DNA of 64,000 nucleotides from Callorhinchus milii (Eukaryota), in contig NW_024704742.1 in assembly GCF_018977255.1 (NCBI RefSeq), positions 110,050,001-110,114,000 of the forward strand, written 5' to 3'. Under the pieces are notes generated by a model. The model searched no databases. It saw only the letters and a list, made by a program, of their open reading frames with translations, and was not told the DNA's origin. Both the position numbers and the translations under genes were made by a program. Position 1 is the stretch's first letter; the number at the start of each line of letters is the position of its first letter. Below are positions 51,895 through 64,000 of the stretch, piece by piece.

Positions 51895-53388
51895 AAGATT
51901 TTTAAGTTTGAAAGACTTTTTGGTACTCAGCTACTGAGTATCCATAATTGCACTTTGCATCAATTTTATTCCACAACCACCTTCTGTCACCTACAAATAG
52001 GTTGTTGCTATTAGGAATGAACCATTTCAATATAATACCCGCACCTCATGCTCCTCTGCATGTCCTGAGTGCCAAGATCAATTTCCATTGGCTCCAGAAT
52101 TTATGAGGCACTGGCTGGATTGGATCAATCACATGGCAGTTTCTTCCACGCATAAATAATTCCCCTTTGGTTTTGGAATAAACAAACAGCATAGATCTTA
52201 AATTGGTGTCTCTGGAGTGAATTAATTTAGTTAATGCTAAACGTTCGGCATTGATTTGGCATGAAAACCACATTCAAACTACATTAATCGTGTGGTGTAA
52301 CTGGGTCATAAATGATAACTTGGGACAGATCATTGGACAGTTTTGACTTAGGTTCATCCTCTGTACCAGTATTGCGTCTAAAAGCAATAGTTGAATGTTA
52401 TTTAATTTCTGTACTGTGATATGAATCCTCAGATTTAGTTTAGTCACCAGGGTGTCCTACACTTGCGATAACCAATCACTGTGCTTAAGAGTATCCAAAC
52501 CAAACAGAGTTCCATGTATCCCACCTACACACGGAAATTCCTGTATATTGGAATGGAATGTACACTCTCTCCACGGAGGGATGCATTCTGCTCACCTACT
52601 TCTGGAGATTATTGGGTACAGGCTAACCACTGAATCTTCAATGGCTTTACTAACCAGTGGAAGCATCTGGTACTGCCTCTTGATACCCAGATCCAAATCA
52701 AAAGCTGTGTAAAAATATCTTTTCTCACCGATTGCTCTAAAAAATGACTAGTGAACTGAGCTGCATCTTTCCAGTGGACACCGTTTTGCAACACAGAGTC
52801 ACTCTGAATATGGCACACAACCTAGTAACATTAGTCCTGGTCAGTGAAAGATTTGGAATGTGAAAAAAGGAATGTTATTGTATTTCAGCAGTATATGCTC
52901 TTGAGTTGAAGAGCAGTGTCAAGAAAATGAAATGACAGTCCAGCATTTACTTACTTACTTCATATCCCCTCACAGTAGTGTATAAACACAGGACACATCT
53001 TATTGCAAATGTCCATTCCCAATAAACACCATGAATAATGAGAACTAGACTTGTGTTAACGTTAGCCCTTTCAAATGCTATGAATAAGTATTCTTAGTAC
53101 ACATTGATTCATAGTTTTGCTCAATGCATACGTTCAGATGCTATTATTGAATGAGATGTTTAAATGGCAAGGGCTGCATGCAAAGCTGGCCATTTTTGAT
53201 ACAAATTAAAATTGTGATGTGTGATGGTACTAACTATCACCGGTGATAATTATAACAATTTTAATAAATGTCAAGCCAGGATAATTAATAACAAGCCGGA
53301 TTTGACCCTGTCCCCACTCAGGCCACTCACAATTGTTGGGCCCCAAACCAGCCGTCATCGAATGTGTTCGCTCACAGAATTACGCAAT

Positions 53389-53762
53389 GTGGAGTCCTGT
53401 ATCTTAGTGGTTAGAGCACTCGCCTCGCAAGCGAGAGGACCTGAGTTCGATTCCCGGCAGGGCGAAATGTTGGGCAAGTTTCCGTACTCCACATGCCTCT
53501 GTTTACCTAACAGTAAGTAGGAACCCGGTTTTTAGTCGATTGATGGATCGCTTTTCTCGGGGTAATAATTCCTTCAAAAAAAATAATAATTTGGTCACCC
53601 AATCCACGACTGTTTGTGGCTTACTGCTTGGCACAATTGACTGCTGCATTTCGCTCACAAAATATACAGTCAGTTAATTTTACAGTATATTCTGTGAAGT
53701 GCTTTGAGCCGTCTCGAAGATGTGATAAGGCGATTTATCAAATACAAGCATTATTATTATTA
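53389..53762 (+). mobile_element. tRNA(Ala-like)-derived SINE, full length, with partial tail duplication to ~53866
   Basis: A box AGTGGTTAGAGC; anticodon-like loop CTCGCAA; B box GAGTTCGATTCC; Deu motif; L2-like tail and (TTA)n. Confidence 0.93.
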
Positions 53763-54293
53763 CTCTTTGCCAACAAAATACACAATAACTATTTTACAGC
53801 TGTAAAGCACTTTGAAAAGTATCAACAATGTGATAAGATGCTATATGAAATTCAAGGATTATTATAAGATCAACAATCTCTGGGTACGTGCATTGAAAGT
53901 GCTGCATACGCACACCACACATCTGAGAGTGAGGTGACTAACCACTCGAGAGTTTCTTGTCCAGAGACTTCTAGACCTGGGAGCAGATCTGTTATTTCCC
54001 ACTGGATCTTAGCCTTACTATAAAACAAATGTTTGCAAAACAGTCACTGAAAGCAACTTTTAAATGTCCTTTCTTTGTTTGCAAATTCATTTCAAGATAT
54101 TAATAAAATCTAACATTTTAATTTGCACATTGCAATACAAATATTGTTTTGAACACTTTCACCAACACTGAACAACTGATTTAGTTTGACACAAACAGGA
54201 GTGGCTTATCCCTTTTATCACACATTTTTTTCTTTTGACCCTTTCTAACCGTATTTTCCTCCTCCCCTTTCAGTTCCCGTCCCCAGCCATACA

Positions 54294-54650
54294 TAACAAT
54301 CCTTGCATTTGATATAGTGTCTTATCACATCTTCGAGATGTCTCAAAGCGCTTCACAGAATATACTGTAAAGTGAATAGACTATATTTTGTGGGCGAAAC
54401 CTGGCAGCCAATTGTGAACAGCAGTGTTCCACAAACAGTCGTGGATTGAGTGATGACCCCATTTAAAACATTTTTTTAAGGGATCATTATCGCCGGAAAA
54501 AAAATCCGCCAAACAACAGTTCCTACTTACTGCTCGGTAAACAGAAGCGTGTGGAGGAAGGAAACTTGTCCAACGTTTCGCCCTGCCAGGAATTGAACCC
54601 AGGTCCTCTTGCTTGTGAGACGAGTGCTCTAACCACTAAGATACAGGACT
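54294..54650 (-). mobile_element. tRNA-derived SINE (younger family), full length
   Basis: Reverse complement of 53389-53762. Confidence 0.92.
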
Positions 54651-54703
54651 ATGCTGATTACCTGCTTGAAAGGCTGCACCCAAGCTCAATGCTGCCGTTG
54701 AGC

Positions 54704-54862
54704 TATTGTTTGTGGGACACTGCTGTGCGCAATTGGCTGCTGTGTTTCGCTTGCAAAATATACAGTCAATTCACTTTACAGTATATTCTGTGAAGAGCTT
54801 TGCAATGTCTCGAAGACATGATAAGGCACGACATTAAATGCAAGGATTATTATTATTATTAT
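54704..54862 (+). mobile_element. SINE 3' half
   Basis: tgtttgtgggacactgctgtgcgcaattggctgc ... (TTA)n. Confidence 0.9.
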
Positions 54863-56194
54863 TGTGGTGTTGCTGGATCATAAAAAGCTGGCTTAAGCCC
54901 AAAATAACAAAGTTAAATGATATCTGACAAACCAGTTCTCTGGAGTTGTGTTTGGTGAGCTGGCATGTCCAGTGGTGGCCACAACATTGGTGGGCCCAAC
55001 CACTGAGACAGAGACAGCAGGGATCACAGCTTTGGGCAGTCTTAATGGCTCGATCTCATTTACCAATGATGTGATAATTATCACTGATGATAACGAACAC
55101 ATTGCACATCTCAATTTCACACCAATATATTAATCTCCATCCTTTCAAGTCTGGAGGCTTGTTTTCACTGGAACATCTATAAAATTGATATTCTGAGAAT
55201 TTCGAATATTGAAGATAAGAAAGCATCAACATAAATAACCAGCCTTACTGTTGCACTATTCTCTGACTAAAATTAATACTGTAGGTGCAAATTTTCATCC
55301 TGATAGGAAACTGCTTCCACAGTCTTCAAAATGGCTTAGAAATAATATAATAAAAAAAGGCAGCTTACCAACAGGCTGTCGGGTGAAAGCAGAGGCATGC
55401 CAATGTCCACAACTTACTCTCTTTATGTCTTGCGCACCAAGATCAATTTTCCGCGGGCTCCAAAATTTATGAGACACTGGTTGGGTCGCATCAATCACAT
55501 GACAGTTTCTTCCCCACATAAATAACTCCCCATTAGCTTTGAAATAAACAAACAAGATAGCTCTTAAATTGGTGTCTCTGGAGTATGTAATAGCAAAATA
55601 GTGCCAGAAGTTCAATGGGATGGAATTATGCTTAAATAAGAAGGCTAAGAGGACGCATTCAATAATAATCTGACATCCAGACATATTAAACTGTTAACAT
55701 ATATTAATACATTTTTTTTATAATGCTATAAGAATCATGACCCCTAATGAAAACAATTTCACAGAATTGTTAATTATTGCACATCAAAGGTGTTAATTTG
55801 AAGCAGAAGTCTAGTTTTACTGGCGTTTAGGTTATTTCATTTAATGAAAATGAGTTTCATCTCATTGAGTTTCTCGATGCCTTTCTATGCCAGGAATACA
55901 TATTAAATCTTTATCATCGCAAGAACATCCAAGTGGGAATTAGCCAAATACTGTACTTTCCCATAGGGAGGAATATCAGAGGGCAAGAGAACTTTCACAG
56001 CTCCCTTGTATTTTTTGTCTAGTGATTGGATCAGTGGTGCAGATAGAAAGAGATTATCTCCCTGCACATCTGGGTTAGATATGGTCAACCAGGCTGGAGT
56101 AATCAAACAAGGAAAAAAATAACAAAAATAGGAAAGGATTGAATAAAAATAAAAAGCGGAAGAAAAAGATAGTAAGATGTTTCTACTTTGATTA

Positions 56195-56410
56195 ACAACA
56201 ACAACCACAGCTTGGATTTATATAGCGCCCTCCACGCTGGATGGCGTCTCAGAGCGCTTTACAGTTTCGGATCCCTGGACCGAGCCAGGGGGAGGGGTGG
56301 GAATGTGACCAAAAGTGTGGTCGAAAAGAAAGGTCTTCAGCAGAGACCTGAAAACGGGAAGGAAGGGAGCGAGACGAAGGGAGTGAGGAAGGCAGTTCCA
56401 GAGCCAAAGT
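56195..56410 (-). mobile_element. L2 3' fragment
   Basis: LWNCLP..FRSLLKTFLFD; (CAA)n tail. Confidence 0.8.
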
Positions 56411-57384
56411 AACATTAAAATTTGAGTTCTGGAAGAACTCAGTAACACACTGGGGTGAAAAATGTGGTATGTGATGTGATAATAGCACATTGTGGGACAT
56501 TCCACTCCTGGAGTTGTTCCAGTTAAAAACTATAGCAGGGACACCACCCCCACCCCCGCACCACCGCCCATTGACTTTATTGAAGTAGTTCATCCAAAGC
56601 CAGTCACTGCAGTCTTTAATCCAAGCCACTGCAACTTTTTTTTTCTTCACGGCACAACGTCAACCTTTCAGGGCTTGAGGGAATACCATTTAACTCAACT
56701 TTAAAGTAGTATTCAGGCTCTGAAATGCTAGGTTCTGTGCGATGGCAGATCAAAAGCAGCTCGGTGGTTTTGCAGCTCAATTGCCTTCCATTTGAGAAAA
56801 GTAAGGGAGGGTGCTGTTTCTCCAGGGAATTTATTGACTGGCACATCTCCAGGAATGGAATATCCCTCAATGTGATAATTATCACATCATACAGCACATT
56901 TTCACTCCTAGGACAATCTTCCTTAGGACAGACACTAGAAATAATTTCTTTATACAGTGAGTAATCAACAGTTGCAAATGGTTTACCGTGATAATTTAAT
57001 AAACAGTTTAATGCTGGAAATCGTAAGTTGATAGGGTGATACAAGATGATCCCCATTATGTGCAGATATATGTAACATACAGGAAGTGATATCAGCAGTG
57101 ACCTGATGACCATGAAATGCTGATCTGTGATCAATTTTAACATGCCTCATAATAATGTGGCCTGAATAATGGGGGTTACCCTGTTTTCTGGAAGGATGAG
57201 ATCAAAAGGCCTTCACCATCCAAACCTCTTGTGATCTGAGTTAACAGGAAACATATTGCTAAAATAATTGAACACAGTGGTATAAGAAGGAGTGCAAGAG
57301 AACATAGGCTGAAAGACAGCTTCAAATTTTGCACAGGTTCAATAATGAACATAAGAAAGCATGGATTCAAAAAGGTACTTTGGT

Positions 57385-57690
57385 CATAGAACTATTTACA
57401 GCATAGAATAATGCCATTTGATCCATCATGCCTGGGTTGGCTTTCATAAAAAAGCTACCCATTTAGTCTGATTCTCCTGTCTTTTTTCCATAATCTCTTA
57501 TTTTTCTCTTTTTCAGATATTTATCTAATTCTTTCTTAAAAGCTAATATGCATTCTGCCTCAACCACTGTTCTAGGTAACTTCTAGGACTGTTCCATGTC
57601 CTAACAAACTTCTTAAAAAGATTTCTCCTTACCTCTCCCTTTGCTCTTTTGGCAAATTACTTTGAATCCATGCCCTCTAGTAAGCGACTC
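57385..57690 (-). mobile_element. Degraded CR1 3' fragment
   Basis: catagaac..gccatttgatccatc and ccatgccctctagt motifs. Confidence 0.6.
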
Positions 57691-57869
57691 ATTGACCACA
57701 CCTTCCACAGCCCTGTAAATCCTATGTTACCATAGACTTTATCCAAATAATTTTATTTCTTAGGGACAGTGCAATTTATCAACTGAGAGTTGTTATAAAT
57801 AGCAATTTTTATGCTACTTTTAAACTTTTATAAACTTTCGATTGGACTGCAATTGGAGTATTGTGTAAC

Positions 57870-58290
57870 TTTTGAATATGATATTGCAGGAAGGATATTG
57901 TAGCATTGAAGCGGATTCAGCATAGATTTATAAGCACGTTACCAGGGATAAATGGGTACAGCTGTTTAAGATTTAATAAGATGGATGTTAATAGGCTGCT
58001 TCCACAAGTTAGTGATTCCAAAACAAGAATGTCATAAATAAGATATCTAGTAGCAGATCTAATAGGGAGTTTAGGAGGAACGTATTCAGGCAGAGAGTGG
58101 TGAGACTGTGGGTCTCACTACTGGAACTATGGTTGAAGCACAGATGTATTTTAGAGCAAACTTGATTCATACAATAGGGAGAAAGGTATAGGTGTGGGGA
58201 GTAGGAACAGTGTGGCTCCAGTGGAATATAAACACTGGCATGAACTAATAGGGCTGAATTGCCTGTTTACAAGCTGTATCACCCCATCTA
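57870..58290 (+). mobile_element. Degraded CR1 3' fragment
   Basis: cagagagtggtgagactgtgg and gggctgaattgcctgttt motifs. Confidence 0.65.
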
Positions 58291-59282
58291 ATACTGTAAT
58301 AGATGATGGGAACCACAATGGACCTGAACCTCTTTCACTGTCTGCTGGTGACCACCTGCAATGCACTCCATGACCTTTCTGGGCAGATTCCTCAATCTTC
58401 TGTTTCCTACATAGTGGTCTATCTTTGTGGCTCAATGATAGAAGGAGCCTTCAGTGGATTTGCCTGACCCAGGATTGGAAGTCTGATGGGAAGCAAATGG
58501 ATTGTAAAAATAAAATTTTATTTTAATTAAACACTGGTTGAATGTTGAAGTCAGCAGAAGAATAAACTCTGTATCCAGTGCCCCTATGTCAGCCTGAGTA
58601 ATTTTTGAGTTGCTAGAGTGTTGTTGCAAGGCATGCAGAAAGATTTCAAGGCTGCAAAGATCTCAGGTCCTAATACTTATGCAATGAAAACTATAATTGG
58701 AAGCAAGTTTTAATGTAAGGTTCCTGGGATTAGCCTTGTGAATACAAAGTATTAAGCCTTTTCTGAAGTTCTTTAATTCCCATCAGTAAACAGTTAAAGC
58801 TCATATGCATGAGGCAAGCTCCTGGAATAGTTAAAGATAGTTATGCAAAAGAAAAAATATTTAATATTTAAAAAGAGGAAAATTTGCATTGGACTACGAC
58901 ATACCAGTGAGTGCACTGCTGTAACAATCTCCAGCTGCTATCTGCTGAACACATCCCTGGAGTTGATGAGCGGAAACGCAACATGGTTTCACAAGGAATG
59001 TCATGCCCTCCCCATGTCCCAGTTGCCCCTGTAAATAAAGAACCATTTTTAACAGCGGGCAGCAGAACAGGTACTCCTTTAGATAATGTCCTCTTCACAT
59101 TAAAGGTTTTAGATATAATGGGCCAAGCTTGTGATAGTCCTTAACAACGATTGTTTAATGAGGAATCTGAATCATCCAAATGGTATACAGAACATCATGC
59201 TAGCCCTACAGCAACATTGCTCCAACTCAGTCTATTTCCAGAGCAGAATTCTGATGAGTCGACAGGGTTCTTTATTAAACAA

Positions 59283-60271
59283 GACAACTTTCTTCAGCTC
59301 AACGTGCGAAAAACCGAGGCCCTCCTGATTGGCTCACGTCAGCGCCTCCGCACCTCAGGCGCTGACACCATCAGCATCCAAGGCTGCACTCTCCACCTCT
59401 CAAAGCCAGTCAGGAACCTCGGCGTTTTGTTCGACCCTGAGCTGTCCTTTCTCCCTCACATCCGCACCACAACTGGCACCGCCTTCCATCACCTCCGGAA
59501 CATCGCCAGACTACGCCATTACCTCACCCCTCACGCTGCTGAAACCCTGGTTCACGCCTTTGTCACCTCAAGGCTGGACTACGGGAACTCTCTCCTCGCC
59601 GGCCTTCCCGCCACCTCCCTCCACAAGCTGCAGGTCATTCAGAACTCTGCAGCTCGTGTACTGTCCCGCACCAGGCTTCGGGACCACATCACTCCCACCC
59701 TCGCTCGCCTCCACTGGCTCCCCATCCCCCAGAGGATCGAATTCAAGATCCTCATCCTCACCTACAAGGCCATTCACGGCCTTGCTCCCTCCTACCACTC
59801 CAACCTACTATCCCCTACCTACCTGCCCGTACCCTCCGTTCCTCTGGCTCCGGTCTGCTCCACGTCCCCCGCCCCAACCGCCCTACCATCGGTGGTCGGG
59901 CCTTCAGCCTCTCAGCCCCGAGGCTCTGGAACTCTAACCCCCAGTGCCTTCGCCTTGCTTCCTCCCTTTCCTCCTTCAAGGCCGGTCTCAAAACCTTTCT
60001 CTTTGACCGTGCCTTCAGCTCCCCTCTCGACTCTCTTCCCCCTCCTCGCTCCCTCCCTTCCCTCCCCTCACCCTGACCATTTCCCCCCTCCTCGCTCCCT
60101 CCCTTCCCTCCCCTCACCCTGACCATTTCCCCCTCCTCGCTCCCTCCCTTCCCTCCCCTCACCCTGACCATTTCCCCCCTGCTCGGGTCATGACCCAACT
60201 GTGCAGCGCCTTGGGACGTCCTCCTGACGTGAAAGGCGCTTTATAAATGGAATCTTGTTGTTGTTGTTGTT
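59283..60271 (+). mobile_element. Young 5'-truncated L2 LINE (ORF2 C-terminus, 3'UTR, (TTG)n tail)
   Basis: NFLQLN..KTE..VRNLGVLFD..HAFVTSRLDYGNSLLAGLP..LHWLPI; frameshift near 59800; GC-rich with CpGs retained. Confidence 0.96.
60041..60178 (+). repeat. 3 x ~46-bp pyrimidine-rich tandem repeat in the L2 3'UTR
   Basis: Unit cctcctcgctccctcccttccctcccctcaccctgaccatttcccc. Confidence 0.95.
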
Positions 60272-60285
60272 ATGAAATACCACAA

Positions 60286-60702
60286 ATAATCATAATCCTT
60301 TTATTTTGTATAATACTTTATCACATTGAAACTTCCTAAAGGTCTTCACATTTTTCTGTAAAGTGTAGTGATTGTTTATCTGTAGCCAATTTGCTACAGC
60401 CAATTTGTGCACAGCAATGTCCCACAAACAGTCATGAAGTGTAAGAACAATTTTGTACCTAAGGGGTTCTTGACCAGGGCACCAGGTGGAATACTCCCTT
60501 CTCTTTTTGAATAGTGCCATTTTAACGTCCACCTGAAAAGGACCTTGATTTAACATCTTATTCAAAGGACAGCACCTCCAACAACACAGCATTCCCCAAT
60601 ACTACATTGGCATTGACAAGGTAGGCTATGAACAGAGTCCTGATATGTAGCTTGAACCCAGAATCTTCTTCAAAGCAGAGAGTGGTACCGATTGAGCCAG
60701 GA
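60286..60702 (-). mobile_element. DeuSINE-type SINE (older family)
   Basis: Deu motif gccaatttgtgcacagcaatgtcccacaaacag. Confidence 0.8.
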
Positions 60703-62644
60703 TGGCATGAATGTTGAATTTATTCAGAATTGCTACAATTGGGCACAAATAAAGCAGAAAGGGTTAAATCGGTCCGTATCAAATGGTTAGTCTCAAGATA
60801 ATTTTAAAGAAACATGGGGTTATGTGTTTGTGTTGTGCATGAACCCAGACTAAATTCACCACATGCCTCAACATTGAAGAAGCCATCTCAATTACACAGT
60901 TTTCATCTCCAAGGGTAAAGCAGCTCAGATCAATGCAGTGTGAAATTCTATAGCTACTGTGCACACAGAAACAACATTAAGTTGTCGCGCAAACTGATTC
61001 TACATGGAACAATTAAAACAAATTAATGTTGCAACTCTAAATACACAGTAGGACTTATATGTTTGCATTTGGTTCAATCGCAACTGCTGGCAAACTGCCT
61101 GAATTTTGCTGAAATGATTGTCATGTGGGGAGAAATAAATTTCTCTAACTACAAAACAATCATTGTTTTTAACCTTCCTACCTTCCTACTTCAATAAAGC
61201 TGATATGACTGAAAAATTAATGTCACAACAGTTTAATAATCTACCAGAAATTAAAATAACCATAATAAATCACCAAAATATAGAATTTCTGCTTAGACTA
61301 TTGAAAACCTCCTATAATATCCGGAAACATTTACAACAGTCTCCTGTCCCTCTGTATATCATGTTCAGTACCACAAAGGAAATTCTTACATCTGTTCGTA
61401 TTGCTCTCATATATTTGTCTATACTTAATAAAAGCACCCTAGATCATGTCAGATAAAGCATTTTCCTTACATGTTTGTCCAGGGAACCTCCCTTGCCTCC
61501 CCCAGATCTGTGGATACTAGGATCACAGATGCACATAAAGATAGGGTACAGATTGGTGTAATATGATGATTTTCCTCTGCACCCAAGCTTTTTCTTTGCA
61601 CCCTTCTCCTTACTTGCCTTTTATGCCTTAAAGGATCGTTTCTAGTCTTTTTTTCTTTTGCCCATCCTAATTCATTCCTGTTCAACTTCATTTGCTCATG
61701 GTCTGTCTGGCATTAACCCTTTGAGGACAGCAACAGTGATTCCACTTCCAGATGAAAAAAAAAGTCCTCCAAGGCGATAGCTATTCAAAGAGGTGAACAG
61801 AAAAAAACCTAAACTTTGGAAATCTGAATTAAAAGCAAAGAAATTTCTGGGAGTCCATGCCAGGTCAGTCAGGGCTTGATGCATCAGGTAGGATCTTCAT
61901 TAAGGAATGATGTTCATTTTCAGTATTACCTGTTTAGTGCAGTTTTCTCAACTAAAAATGTTGTTCAGAGCTTGCCAACAGTGCTGTGATTCAACAAAGC
62001 TTTTCAGATTCTGTTTTATAGCAATTGGGTTAAGAAAGGAACTCATTGCAGAAGATAATGTAAAAAAGAAAAGATGCCTTTGAAAATTAGAAAATTTGAA
62101 GTTTGGCACTCTGGTGGTTAATGTACTCTTAGGAAGCCTTTTGTGCTTTTGCTGCCCCTAAACTGTTAGTTGTAAGACAGAGCGGGGAGAATGATATCAT
62201 CGCCATTAGCATTGGCACGAGTGAAATGCAAATAGCGTTGGCCTGTGGCAGAGTGCAAAAATAGTTTTCTATGTGATGGAGCACCACAGTCCGCACTGCC
62301 ACCAACTGGATTAGTAAATGTTGATTTAAATTCACTGCCATTCACTTATATGCTATGGTTTTCTTCATGTGCTGGGAAAAAATGGAGAAAACTGATCACT
62401 CGAGAACTTTTCTCCCTGGAATTCTGTAAGAGCTCAAATTCACTCAAAGAGCACCAAATGTCCAACTGGGCTATTGTACCAATAAGGGACAAGACTGAAC
62501 AACTTAATTCTTAAATTTTCAAACAAATGCTTCTCATATTTCCAGTGGTCATATCATGCGATCATTGTCTAGGCACCAGCAATTTGTGACAGGTTGAGGA
62601 AAGGATTGCAACACTATCCTTAATCCCTAATTCAGCAGTGCATC

Positions 62645-63060
62645 ATACCCTTCAGAGGATCCAGTTCAAAATCCTGGTCCTCACCTACAAAGCCCTCAAT
62701 GGTCTCGCCCCACCCTATCTCTGTGAACTCCTAACCCCCTACCAACCCGCTCGCTCCCTCCGCTCAGCTGGCTCCGGCCTGCTCCACCTGCCCCACCATC
62801 AGCAGGAGAGCCTTCAGCCACTCTGCCCCCAACCTCTGGAACTCCATCCCTCAATCAGTCCACCTCGCCCCCTCCTTAGCCTCCTTCAAGTCCCGCCTCA
62901 AAACCCTCCTCTTTGACCATGCCATTGGTCACCCCCCTTCCCCTCTCCTCTCCCCTGACCCCAGCTTGGGTCTGAAATGCTGTACACTGTCCAGCACCTT
63001 GGGACGTCCTCCCTACTTGAAAGGCGCTATACAAATGTCATCTTTTTTTTGTTGTTGTTG
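62645..63060 (+). mobile_element. L2 3' fragment
   Basis: QRIQFKILVLTYKALNGLAPPYL..LRS; same tail as 59283-60271. Confidence 0.92.
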
Positions 63061-63719
63061 GTGCATCACTACAAAAAGACCAAGGCACTTTGATAGAGTT
63101 AAAGTTAATTGTGTGTCAAGTGTCAAGGGCTTATTTCACATCATCCTCTAATGAATGAAATTTTGACCAGAACTCAATTTTTTCAATTCCTTTGAAGATT
63201 TCAGGCCTTTGGTGCATCAAGACCATCCCCTTTTGATAGATCAACCACACTAAGTTGCATTCTCTGCTTGCCTACAAAGACAGTCACTACATTTGACAGC
63301 AATTACTGTGAAGTGCTTTGAAGTGATAAGGTGACATCAAATGCAAGCTCTCATTCTTTCCTCAATCCACATTGCTCCAGAAACATACGTAATTCCAGTT
63401 GAATCAACTGATACTGTCTGTTTAATTGACTCTTTCTGGTGTCTTATCGTGGAGGCAAATCCATGGTCATAAGCCTGGTCATAAAAGCATGTAGATTCCC
63501 GTAACTAGGATAGGAGCAGCTCTTGGCATCAGGAGTCTGTGAACTTTCTAATTTTAGTGCTTCCTTAACACAAAAGGAGGAATTATACACAGTGAGATGG
63601 TCAGTATTCCATGTTATATGTACATAAACTATATAAAATGTCACCACGCTGTTATTTAAAGTTGCAGGATTCCAATTTACTGGAGATTTTATTGGCGTAT
63701 ATTCTCCAAGTGCAATATA

Positions 63720-63800
63720 TGATACTTTTTATTGGACCAGCTAAATAGATGTGAATTGCAGAAGCCTTTGGGACCATATAATGCTCCCCTCATCAACCGA
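63720..63800 (-). mobile_element. Penelope-type non-autonomous end with decayed hammerhead core
   Basis: cttttattggacca motif; minus strand TTGATGA-GGGGAGCAT..ATGGTCCC-AAAG; family assignment is from memory. Confidence 0.45.
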
Positions 63801-64000
63801 GAGAGGCAATAAGCAAATTGAATCTAGGCATGCACTGAATCAGGGAGTTAATAAATATCTATTTCTGTAATTATTTGCAGGTTTTTATAACTTATGGAAA
63901 CTTATTGTTTTATAATTATATTTATTGTCAGAACTAACTCCAAAACCAGATGGTGCACAAATAAATAGTTTTAGTTTTATACAAGGTACAAAATTCCTAT

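Larger units (their letters stand above)
52060..55584 (+). repeat. Dispersed ~160-bp direct repeat pair 52060-52218 / 55425-55584
   Basis: Colinear, moderately diverged copies (shared atcaatcacatg, cataaataa, aataaacaaaca, cttaaattggtgtctctggagt). Confidence 0.9.

Noticed and set aside
53389-53465. tRNA-Ala gene
   Set aside because: The acceptor stem is imperfect and the sequence continues into a SINE body present in several copies
59151-60122. 323-aa ORF as a host gene
   Set aside because: It is L2 ORF2 C-terminus read in from flanking DNA, with a frameshift
200-64000. Apparent tandem array of decayed GREB1-like sequences on the minus strand (e.g. LQSSISNCDCRLV at 39.6 kb, HGKPFATVD..SVC at 56.9 kb, RFQRSLNSIENLL at 4.3 kb)
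   Set aside because: Compared with GREB1 from memory only. My rough hand BLOSUM62 scores for the two best segments were in the low 30s raw, within chance for this search space. Similar short matches appeared everywhere, including the promoter, and the supposed copies share no visible nucleotide similarity. A frameshift-aware tFASTy or HMM search with GREB1/GREB1L giving significant colinear hits would reinstate it.

Overview
Eukaryotic, mostly non-coding vertebrate DNA. The repeat set (tRNA-headed Deu-domain SINEs with L2 tails, L2 and CR1 LINE 3' fragments, Penelope-type ends) points to a cartilaginous fish, possibly a chimaera/elephant shark (inference). Bases ~1-4200 look like a complex, probably bidirectional promoter. 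It is CpG-, G-run- and microsatellite-rich, has CCAAT and CArG boxes and three minus-strand GTGAGT donors (alternative first exons of a gene I cannot name), and contains an assembly gap at 679-836. The first ~15 kb has no retroposon I can recognise. The rest is intergenic/intronic DNA full of SINE/LINE debris, plus an internally deleted hAT transposon with intact ends and an 8-bp TSD, and a TTAA-flanked Kolobok/T2-like MITE. No complete host gene is visible; the best coding candidate is an orphan 492-nt symmetric exon at 37703-38194 (-). The most unusual observations are a ~180-bp templated insertion of neighbouring DNA into an L2 3' stem-loop, decayed hammerhead-ribozyme cores in Penelope-like ends, inverted SINE pairs and a palindrome-core minisatellite. 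I found no convincing novel multi-gene system. An apparent GREB1-like tandem array was considered and rejected as statistically unsupported.
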